IMG/VR virus record: IMGVR_UViG_3300025632_000052
Location: 1-30,387 of that record
From: a virus
Lineage: Duplodnaviria; Caudoviricetes
Reading direction: 5' to 3' (one strand)
Length of the DNA: 30,387 nucleotides
The translations under genes were made by a program, and so were the position numbers. This document shows positions 16,489 through 24,046 of this stretch, in pieces. Every line of letters starts with the position of its first letter. Positions within the stretch are counted from its first letter, which is position 1. A model generated the notes under the pieces. That model ran no database searches. It was not told the origin of the DNA and was given only the letters and a program-made list of their open reading frames with translations.

Positions 16489-17317
16489 AGTTTTTACTTT
16501 TTTTTACAACAGGTTTACAGATGCGACAACCTCTTTAGCTTTAAAAGAAAATGGAATAGAACATAATGTATTAATTCACAAAGAAGAAGATTATATAAAA
16601 TTCAAAGAAGGTGGTACAATAGGTGGAAATCCTATCATAACCAACCAACCTAAAGGACTGGCATACCAAAGAAATGCAGCTTTAGATTTAATGGAAAAAG
16701 ATGAATGGGCAGTTTTTATGTGTGATGACTTTCAAAAAATACTGTCATACCCTATTAAAGAAATAATGAACAAGCACACTAAAATAAATGTAACTATTGA
16801 AAATCAATCAGAATATCAACTAACAAACGAAAAACACAAAATGTCTTTAAAAGAAATGTTTACTATGTTTCCTAGACTAATTAAACTTGCTGAAAAAAAT
16901 AACATAAAATTAATTGGCTTTGGTTTACATTCTAATCCTTTAAATTTAGGAAGAAAGTTTGCAACAAGAGGTTTGGCTGACGGTAGGTTTTGGTTAGTAA
17001 AAAAATCAGATTATAGGTTTGATGAAAACGTGCAAATGGTAGATGATGTTTGTTGGACAGCAGAAAACCTTATAAGGCATAACAACGTGTTAATCTTAAA
17101 TTGGACAGTACCATTTTTTAAAAGATATACTGCAGGTGCTTTTGGAAGTATTTCAGAAAGAAAAGAACAGAGATTAAAAGAGTGTAAATATTTGGCAAAC
17201 AAATTTAATCCATTAATACGTATAGCAAACAAAGCTAATTGGGATTATGGAACTCACGTTAGAATTTATGGTAGTAATAATAATATTAAAAAAGCAAGAT
17301 TAAATAACGGATTATGA
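16481..17317 (+). CDS. TET/JBP-associated glycosyltransferase (GT-A fold, TAGT/GREB1-like)
   Basis: GLAYQRN, VFMCDDF (DxD-like), LIGF, RFDE....DD; directly upstream of the dioxygenase. Confidence 0.7.
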   Translation: MIKVFTFFYNRFTDATTSLALKENGIEHNVLIHKEEDYIKFKEGGTIGGNPIITNQPKGLAYQRNAALDLMEKDEWAVFMCDDFQKILSYPIKEIMNKHTKINVTIENQSEYQLTNEKHKMSLKEMFTMFPRLIKLAEKNNIKLIGFGLHSNPLNLGRKFATRGLADGRFWLVKKSDYRFDENVQMVDDVCWTAENLIRHNNVLILNWTVPFFKRYTAGAFGSISERKEQRLKECKYLANKFNPLIRIANKANWDYGTHVRIYGSNNNIKKARLNNGL

Positions 17318-18117
17318 AAACAATAAAACTAAAAAAAGTAGAACACAAAGTTAAGATAGGAGATAAATGCCAATACTACGAACCAAACGTAAAAGAAGAT
17401 TGCTTGTTAGACCTAGATGGTGAGATTGTTGGATTTTATATTAAAGATGTAAATAAATACTCTAAAAAGCTAAACCAATTATTAGCTATTGCAGACAAAG
17501 AATTTAGGGGTGAGAATGTTCCTAAAAGCACTATGACAAGAAGTCAAGCATTAATGACTAGTTATAAAAAAACAGGTGACTATAAATCTGAGAACACAGT
17601 TCAACAATACTCTACTATTTTAGGAAGTGTTGCACCTAGACCTCATATGCGTAGACCTTACCCCAACATATCTTCAGTTCATAGAGATAAAAAGGCACAA
17701 ACATTTATTAAATCAATGTGGGGATCTTGTTTAGAAGCAGAACAAATCATAAAAAATCTTACTCCTAAAATATACGAAAGACAAATTGAACTCTTTAAAG
17801 ATGTAAAGGATGAATGGAAGTTTGGAACAATGTACACAAGTAGTATATCTAATTTTAATATAGCAGCACCATTTCACAGGGACACAGGTAACTTAGAGGG
17901 AACAGTAAATATTATCCTAACCAAAAGAAACAACTCTAATGGTGGTTGCTTAAACGTACCTGATTATAATGTAACATTTGAACAGGCAGATAATTCAATG
18001 TTAGTTTATCCTGCTTGGAAAAACGTACACGGAGTAACACCAATAAAACCAATAGCAGAAAACGGTTATAGAAACAGTTTAATATTCTATCCGTTAAAAG
18101 CTTTTAAAGGAATATAG
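17314..18117 (+). CDS. TET/JBP-family 2-oxoglutarate/Fe(II) nucleobase dioxygenase
   Basis: FGTMYTS...N.N.AAPFHRD.GN (HxD), GG.L.VPDY, VHGVTPI (distal His), RNSLIFY (2OG-binding Arg). Confidence 0.85.
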   Translation: MKTIKLKKVEHKVKIGDKCQYYEPNVKEDCLLDLDGEIVGFYIKDVNKYSKKLNQLLAIADKEFRGENVPKSTMTRSQALMTSYKKTGDYKSENTVQQYSTILGSVAPRPHMRRPYPNISSVHRDKKAQTFIKSMWGSCLEAEQIIKNLTPKIYERQIELFKDVKDEWKFGTMYTSSISNFNIAAPFHRDTGNLEGTVNIILTKRNNSNGGCLNVPDYNVTFEQADNSMLVYPAWKNVHGVTPIKPIAENGYRNSLIFYPLKAFKGI

Positions 18118-18118
18118 T

Positions 18119-18472
18119 ATGGACAAAAGTAGACATATAAAAAAGGAAACAATGCTTAAAGCTTTAGAAAGTAGTTTGGGGGTTGTGACAGTTGCTTGTA
18201 AACAAGCTGATATACCACGCTCAACATATTACAAATGGCTAAACGAAGATAAGGAGTTTGCAAAGGAAGTAAAAGAAATTGAGAACATAGCACTAGACTT
18301 TGGGGAAAGTCAATTACACGCACAAATGAAAGATGGCAACACTTCAGCAACTATATTCTTTTTAAAAACTAAAGGCAAGAAACGTGGTTATGTTGAAAGA
18401 TCTGAATTAGATTTAAGCTCAGGAGATGAACCTGTCAAGATTAACGTAAACATAAAAGGAGTTGAACATTGA
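18119..18472 (+). CDS. terS: Terminase small subunit
   Basis: HTH LGVVTVACKQADIPRSTYYKW, ATIFFLKTKGKKRGYVE; overlaps the terL start. Confidence 0.8.
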   Translation: MDKSRHIKKETMLKALESSLGVVTVACKQADIPRSTYYKWLNEDKEFAKEVKEIENIALDFGESQLHAQMKDGNTSATIFFLKTKGKKRGYVERSELDLSSGDEPVKINVNIKGVEH

Positions 18473-19772
18473 TGCTAACTTTACGCATACGCAAGAACAG
18501 GCAATAGAATATCTGTTTGACAAAACCACAACTGAAGTTTTGTTTGGAGGTGCAGCAGGTGGTGGTAAGTCTTGGGTGGGTTGTAGTTGGTTAGTATTAA
18601 TGTGTATAAAACATCCTAAGACAAGATACCTAATGGGCAGGTCTAAGCTTGATGCTTTAAAGAAAACAACACTAAACACTTTTTTTGAGGTTTGTGAAAC
18701 TTGGGGATTGCAATCAGGCAAACACTACACATTTAATGGTGGTTCAAACATAATAACCTTTTATAATAAGTCTGAGATTATGTTAAAAGATTTATTTCTT
18801 TATCCTAGTGACAGGAACTTTGATAGCTTAGGATCTTTAGAAATTACAGGAGCTTTTATTGATGAAGCCAATCAGATTACAGAAAAAGCAAAAAACATTG
18901 TAGCATCAAGAATGAGATACAAATTAGATGAATACAACTTAATACCAAAGATGTTAATGACTTGTAATCCTGCAAAGAATTGGGTGTACACGCAATACTA
19001 TAGACCTGCCAAAGATGGTAAACAAAAAGCACACAGAAAGTTTATACAAAGTTTAGTTGATGACAATGAGTATATATCTAAGTTTTATAAAAAACAATTA
19101 GAAACACTTGATGAATTAAGCAAACAAAGATTGCTATTTGGTAATTGGGAGTATGATGCTACTAAAGATAGTTTAATACAATATGATGCTATTATCAATA
19201 TGTTTGAACAAAAAGGAGTAGAAGGAGAAAAATACATAAGTTGTGATGTTGCGAGGTTTGGAAGCGATAAGACAGTTATAATGCTTTGGGAAGGGCTAAA
19301 CCTTATAACTATAAGAACGTTGCTTAAATCGGCTGTAAATGATGTTGTTGAAGCTGTTAGGCAATTACAACAAGAATATAAAGTTGATTTACGAAATATC
19401 ATTGTTGATGAGGATGGTGTTGGAGGTGGGGTTAAAGATTATTTGAGGTGTCAGGGTTTTGTAAACAATTCCAAAGCTTTGAAAGGAGAAAACTACCAAA
19501 ACTTAAAAACACAATGTTATTATAAATTAGCTGACTTAATAAATAAAGGGCAGTTAGGTGTAAGATGTTCTGATGTAAACGTGAAGAACTATATTATAGA
19601 AGAATGTGAGCAAGTGAGAACAAAAGATGCCGACAAAGACAATAAGTTACAGATAATACCTAAAGACACAATAAAAGCAATTATAGGTAGATCTCCTGAT
19701 TATTCAGATGCTTTGGCTATGAGGATGTATTTTGAAATAGATGGTAATTATGGAAAATACTTTGTACAATAA
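18462..19772 (+). CDS. terL: Terminase large subunit (TTG start)
   Basis: Walker A GGAAGGGKS, Walker B FIDEA, TCNP, nuclease DVARFGSD and SPDYSDA. Confidence 0.95.
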   Translation: MNIDANFTHTQEQAIEYLFDKTTTEVLFGGAAGGGKSWVGCSWLVLMCIKHPKTRYLMGRSKLDALKKTTLNTFFEVCETWGLQSGKHYTFNGGSNIITFYNKSEIMLKDLFLYPSDRNFDSLGSLEITGAFIDEANQITEKAKNIVASRMRYKLDEYNLIPKMLMTCNPAKNWVYTQYYRPAKDGKQKAHRKFIQSLVDDNEYISKFYKKQLETLDELSKQRLLFGNWEYDATKDSLIQYDAIINMFEQKGVEGEKYISCDVARFGSDKTVIMLWEGLNLITIRTLLKSAVNDVVEAVRQLQQEYKVDLRNIIVDEDGVGGGVKDYLRCQGFVNNSKALKGENYQNLKTQCYYKLADLINKGQLGVRCSDVNVKNYIIEECEQVRTKDADKDNKLQIIPKDTIKAIIGRSPDYSDALAMRMYFEIDGNYGKYFVQ

Positions 19773-19806
19773 AAAAAGGGCAGCAGACTAATCTACTAAC
19801 CCTTTT
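19771..19806 (-). terminator. Intrinsic terminator, best formed on the minus strand (possibly bidirectional)
   Basis: Minus strand AAAAGGG-T-TAGTAGA-TTAG-TCTGCTG-CCC-TTTTTTT: two G-U pairs and a U7 tail; the same positions are C-A mismatches on the plus strand. Confidence 0.75.
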
Positions 19807-19830
19807 CAAAAACTGAAATGAAACAAACTG
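19771..19830 (-). ncRNA. Candidate ~60-nt small RNA
   Basis: Bounded by a minus-strand host-type promoter and terminator; contains no ORF; U-rich 5' arm. Confidence 0.55.
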
Positions 19831-19833
19831 ATG

Positions 19834-19863
19834 CAAAGATACACAATAAACTAAAATAACAAA
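19834..19863 (-). promoter_or_regulatory. Host-type promoter on the minus strand
   Basis: TTTG(19863-19860)-N18-TATCTTTG(19841-19834). Confidence 0.7.
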
Positions 19864-19876
19864 ATTTCTATTATAT
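19850..19876 (+). promoter_or_regulatory. Putative phage late promoter, copy 3
   Basis: ACTAAA-N11-TCTATTATAT, 5 nt before ATG 19882. Confidence 0.7.
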
Positions 19877-19881
19877 TATAT

Positions 19882-20481
19882 ATGAAGGTTAAAATTAAGA
19901 AGAAGGGCAAAGTAAAGCAGTTCAAATTAATTAGCAGTTGGGAAGAAGTAACATTAGAGAAGTGGTTAAAGCTGATTAATTATAGCTTAGGAACAAAAAG
20001 TAAAGAAGCTCAAGATACGATTGCTGAGCTATCTAATATTCCAAAGGATTTAATCAATCAGTTGGAGTTAAAAGATGTAGCACTTATAATGAGTAAAATG
20101 GCTGAGCTACAAGCCGAGCAAAATAGTTCTTTAAAAAGAGTAATAGAAGTAGAAGGAAAGAGGTATGGGTTTCACCCTAATTTAGATGAAATCACTTTAG
20201 GAGAGTTTGCTGATATAGAAACATTTATTAAAAGCGATATTGAAAAGCATCTACCTGAATTGATGGCTATCTTGTATAGACCAATAGTAAAAGAAGAAAA
20301 TGATATTTATACTATTGAAGCTTATGATGGAGATATAAGTATTAGGGCTGAACAGATGAAGAAAATGTCAGCAGAACAAGTGCAAAGTGCATTGGTTTTT
20401 TTTTGGGGTTTCGTGAACGTATTGTTAATGACTTCAGGGTTGTCTTTGATGGAACACCTGAAGGAAACGAAGAAGCAATAG
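19882..20481 (+). CDS. Tail assembly chaperone (short, G-like form)
   Basis: Ends past ALVFFW on a T9 run with an overlapping -1 frame ORF. Confidence 0.65.
   Translation: MKVKIKKKGKVKQFKLISSWEEVTLEKWLKLINYSLGTKSKEAQDTIAELSNIPKDLINQLELKDVALIMSKMAELQAEQNSSLKRVIEVEGKRYGFHPNLDEITLGEFADIETFIKSDIEKHLPELMAILYRPIVKEENDIYTIEAYDGDISIRAEQMKKMSAEQVQSALVFFWGFVNVLLMTSGLSLMEHLKETKKQ
20395..20408 (+). other. Programmed -1 frameshift site GTT TTT TTT TGG GG
   Basis: T9 at 20396-20404 contains T-TTT-TTT in the correct phase; the -1 frame stays open to 20660. Confidence 0.75.
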
Positions 20482-20660
20482 CCACGAATTCTTTTGCTGA
20501 TAAATGGAGTTGGTTTGGAGTAATGTATAGATTGACTAATGCAGATATTTCCAAGCTAGAACAAATAACAAAGCTTAACCTATTAGAAGCACTAACTTGG
20601 TTAAGTTATGAAACAGATTTAGAATCACAAAATAGAGTTAAATATGCCAATAAGCAATAA
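20403..20660 (+). CDS. C-terminal part of the frameshifted chaperone (GT-like form, ~259 aa in total)
   Basis: No ATG start of its own at the 5' end; begins at the slippery site; F..KW.WF..MY.L and ALTWLSYE helices. Confidence 0.65.
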   Translation: MGFRERIVNDFRVVFDGTPEGNEEAIATNSFADKWSWFGVMYRLTNADISKLEQITKLNLLEALTWLSYETDLESQNRVKYANKQ

Positions 20661-21201
20661 GAGTTATAATAATGTAGTTTATACCCTATGTAGGTTAGGA
20701 GAAATGCACGAACAGATCTCAACTGTATCTGTTGGAGATATATTTGATATTAACTTAGAGAAGATGGAGAAAATGCCTTTACTACATATCAACCCAACCT
20801 CAGTAACAACAGGAGATAGTGAATTGGTTTATAATTTCCAGATATTTATTTGTGACTTAGTAAGTGAGAAAGAAGATTGGCAAGTAACTAATGCTCAAGC
20901 ACTTACTAAACTAATAAACACAAAAAACAATGAGCAAGAGGTATGGAATCAGACACTTGATATATGTACTGACTTTATAGCTATGCTAAGACATTCAGCA
21001 CAGCAGTCGTTAAATGGGGTTGATGATATTAATGCTCCTTTGTATTTTACTGATGATCAATTCACAATAGAACCATTTCAAGAGAGATTTGACAACCTCT
21101 TATGTGGTTGGACTTTTACAATAGGAATTAAAGTAATGAATGACTTTGATGCTTGTGCAGTTCCTTTAGATACTAGATTAGGTTCAGGAGCAGGGTACTA
21201 A
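20644..21201 (+). CDS. Tail completion/terminator-like protein
   Basis: 185 aa, acidic; PLLHINP, YNFQIFICD, EPFQERFDN.L.GW. Confidence 0.55.
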   Translation: MPISNKSYNNVVYTLCRLGEMHEQISTVSVGDIFDINLEKMEKMPLLHINPTSVTTGDSELVYNFQIFICDLVSEKEDWQVTNAQALTKLINTKNNEQEVWNQTLDICTDFIAMLRHSAQQSLNGVDDINAPLYFTDDQFTIEPFQERFDNLLCGWTFTIGIKVMNDFDACAVPLDTRLGSGAGY

Positions 21202-21290
21202 TGATTGAGTTACTAAAGAGATTAAATAAGATAAAGATAGGTAAAGTAGAAATAAGAATAATACCACCAACAATAAGGATTAAAATATGA
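21201..21290 (+). CDS. 29-aa basic Ile-rich peptide (not in ORF track)
   Basis: MIELLKRLNKIKIGKVEIRIIPPTIRIKI; TAATG and ATGA overlaps fill the gap exactly. Confidence 0.6.
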   Translation: MIELLKRLNKIKIGKVEIRIIPPTIRIKI

Positions 21291-21637
21291 ACTACGAAGA
21301 AGTATTAGATAAGCTAGAAGCAATAAGCATAAAGCTAGAAAGTTATTCTGACTATCCTCAAGCTGCTACTAATAATGCTAAACGTGCTAGAAAATGGAAA
21401 GAAGAAAATGGTAGTGATTGCGGCACTAGGGTTGGTTGGACAAGATCAGCACAATTAGCAGATAGAAAACCAATTAGCCGAGATACAATAGCACGTATGG
21501 CTTCTTTTAAAAGACACCAACAACATAAAGATGTACCTTACTCAGAAGGTTGTGGGGGTTTAATGTGGGATGCTTGGGGTGGTTCATCAGGAGTAAATTG
21601 GGCAATTAATAAATTAAAACAAATAGATAAAAAATAA
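21287..21637 (+). CDS. Phage protein of unknown function (SY.DYP / GT.VGW.R / WDAWGG domain)
   Basis: 116 aa with distinctive W/G/R motifs. Confidence 0.7.
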   Translation: MNYEEVLDKLEAISIKLESYSDYPQAATNNAKRARKWKEENGSDCGTRVGWTRSAQLADRKPISRDTIARMASFKRHQQHKDVPYSEGCGGLMWDAWGGSSGVNWAINKLKQIDKK

Positions 21638-21642
21638 AAATT

Positions 21643-22092
21643 ATGGCAGATTTAGTAGTAACAATTAACGAAAGTGTAACAATCAATGGAGCTTTAAGAG
21701 GTTCTTCAAATAGTATAACAACCTCTAACATAGTTGATACTTATGAAAGAGTATTAACAGCAGCTCATTCGCAGACTACAACAATATGTACTTTTGCAAC
21801 TACTCCTCATACTTCAGCAGGTGCTTTAGATGTAGAAAACTGTAAGTATTTAAGAGTGACAAATTTAAGTTCAACAGAAGATATGAAATTAGCTTTAGTA
21901 ACTACAAACACTAACTATCAAGTAACTGTAAGAGCAGGGGGTAGTCATATGTTATTTCAAGCAGAAGAAGGAGCAATAGCTGAAGCAGATACAAGTCCTA
22001 ACTTCCCTACGCTAGAAGATATAACAAGCGTACAAGTAAGACCTTCAGGAAGTGCTGATATTCAAGTTGAAACATTTGTAGCTCTTGTATAA
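21643..22092 (+). CDS. Virion structural protein (beta-sandwich)
   Basis: T/V/A-rich, KYLRVTNL motif, structural module. Confidence 0.55.
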   Translation: MADLVVTINESVTINGALRGSSNSITTSNIVDTYERVLTAAHSQTTTICTFATTPHTSAGALDVENCKYLRVTNLSSTEDMKLALVTTNTNYQVTVRAGGSHMLFQAEEGAIAEADTSPNFPTLEDITSVQVRPSGSADIQVETFVALV

Positions 22093-22616
22093 TGAAAACC
22101 CAAAACATAGAGAATTACTTAAATAGCTTTGGTAAGCAAGTAGTAGCTCAATCTAAAACTACTTTAAATTATAAAAAAGGGGGTGGTACTGCTTTGGAAA
22201 ACTCTATCAGCTTTGAAGTAACATCTGATGCTGATGGTTTTGTAGTTCAATTCTTTATGAATAGCTATGGTACTTTTGTAGACAAAGGAGTATCAGGTAA
22301 TGACACTCAGCGAAAGTTTAAAGATTATAAAGGGCAGACAAAATCAAGTCCTTATAAATACACAACAAAGCAACCCCCTAGTAGAGTTTTAGACAAATGG
22401 ATAGTAAAAAAAGGGATAGCACCTAGAGATGAAAAGGGTAGATTTATATCAAGAAAAAGCATATCATTCTTAATTGCTAGAAGTATTAAGAAAAATGGTA
22501 TTAAAAGTACAAGCTTTTTTCAAAAACCTTTAGGGCTTGGATTAAAACAATTTGGTAAAGACTTATTAGGAGCAGTTAAAGAAGATATAATAGAAGGATT
22601 AACACAAGTAAAATAA
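22092..22616 (+). CDS. Neck/tail-completion protein (HK97 gp10-like)
   Basis: Basic; L.NSI, YGTFVDKGV, PP...L.KW...KGI, FLIARSI...GIK...FF. Confidence 0.65.
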   Translation: MKTQNIENYLNSFGKQVVAQSKTTLNYKKGGGTALENSISFEVTSDADGFVVQFFMNSYGTFVDKGVSGNDTQRKFKDYKGQTKSSPYKYTTKQPPSRVLDKWIVKKGIAPRDEKGRFISRKSISFLIARSIKKNGIKSTSFFQKPLGLGLKQFGKDLLGAVKEDIIEGLTQVK

Positions 22617-22617
22617 A

Positions 22618-24045
22618 ATGGCACAATCAAATATAGATCAAGCACCTTATAAAAGTCAAGCAAGTGGAGTGCTTTTAACACCTGTTGAGCAGGAGATAAT
22701 TTTTGTAATTGAGAATGATGATGCAGTAGCTAATGAAGTCAAAGTAAAATTTGGAGTTGAGGTTCATATAGGAACTAACGCACTTAACCTTTCAACAACT
22801 GATGATCAAATTGGAATATTTAAAGCAAGTCCTAACAACGAAGGTAAGGGGATTTTTAATTTTCAGAATATTATAAGTAATTATGTAAAAGCAGATAATG
22901 TAGCAGATAGAGGTACGAAGTACAAAGGAGCAACCCAAGCTATAAGTACAATTAGGTTTCCTATACATATTATAGACAAGCTGTCAAGCAACACAAATAC
23001 TATTAGATATTTCGCTTGTCAATTTTTTGTAGAATTTCTTAATACTACAACCAACCAAGTAGAGAGAGCTCCTTATACTAATAGAAATTCAGAACAATAC
23101 TTATTAATAAATTCTTATGTAAAGTATGATGATGAATTGGTTTTAAACTTTCCTGACTTCGGTTTTGATATGGATAGTTTTATTCCAAGTGGTGCTGCTG
23201 CTGATAAAAGATTTTTAACTAATGCTCCTACTACTCAATATGCTAATGATGGAGATTACGGTACTTTAGCTTTTATGACACCTTCTAGTGCTGCCGCAAC
23301 TGCAACTGACACAACAACCATTACTTATTATAATAGCTCAGGGGTTGCTTATGCAGGAGTAGATAGTTATCTTAGAAATAGTTTTACAACAGGGGGTTAC
23401 GGACAATGGAGTTCGGCTTCAGAAAGACAGATGCTATTTTTAGGGTGTTTTCCTGGTAACTTAAAAAATTGGAGTACAAACTACGCTACTGCTTATTCTA
23501 CTGACTTATCTTATTACACTATACAAGTTACAGATCAAAGTTCTAATCAAGCACTTCAAACTATAACTATTTATGTTAATTGTCCTGAAAGCAAGAACTA
23601 CGAACCTATCAGAGTTTGTTGGTTAAATCAATGGGGAGCTTGGGATTATTATACATTCACAAAAAAATCTATAAGAAGTACATCAACACAGGGAACTACT
23701 TATACTCAATTAGGTGGCACTTGGAATGATAAGGTTTATCGTTCTGAAGGGTTTAGTGGGGGTAAAAAATCATTTAGAGTAAACGCAACTGAGAAGATAA
23801 CTATGAATAGTGATTTTGTTAATGAAGATCATAATGTAATGTTTGAAGAATTGACTAATAGTCCTGAAGTTTATTTATTAGAAGGGTATCAGACAGACAA
23901 CGCTAACTCCAACTTAAATCAATATGTAACTCCTGTAAAATTAACTAGCTCAAGCTTTACAAGAAAAACAAAAGCAAATGATAATTTAATCCAATATACT
24001 TTCGAAATAGAAAAGAGTAAAACACTAAGAACACAATCTATCTAA
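22618..24045 (+). CDS. Tail tip / distal tail protein
   Basis: C-terminal WLNQWGAWDYYTF...EL..SPEVY...YTFEIE; tail module. Confidence 0.6.
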   Translation: MAQSNIDQAPYKSQASGVLLTPVEQEIIFVIENDDAVANEVKVKFGVEVHIGTNALNLSTTDDQIGIFKASPNNEGKGIFNFQNIISNYVKADNVADRGTKYKGATQAISTIRFPIHIIDKLSSNTNTIRYFACQFFVEFLNTTTNQVERAPYTNRNSEQYLLINSYVKYDDELVLNFPDFGFDMDSFIPSGAAADKRFLTNAPTTQYANDGDYGTLAFMTPSSAAATATDTTTITYYNSSGVAYAGVDSYLRNSFTTGGYGQWSSASERQMLFLGCFPGNLKNWSTNYATAYSTDLSYYTIQVTDQSSNQALQTITIYVNCPESKNYEPIRVCWLNQWGAWDYYTFTKKSIRSTSTQGTTYTQLGGTWNDKVYRSEGFSGGKKSFRVNATEKITMNSDFVNEDHNVMFEELTNSPEVYLLEGYQTDNANSNLNQYVTPVKLTSSSFTRKTKANDNLIQYTFEIEKSKTLRTQSI

Positions 24046-24046
24046 T

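Noticed and set aside
19818-19859. Plus-strand 13-aa ORF MKQTDAKIHNKLK with an A-rich start
   Set aside because: Very short, uncoupled, and overlaps two promoter motifs; the minus-strand promoter and terminator explain the sequence better. It remains the main alternative to the sRNA idea
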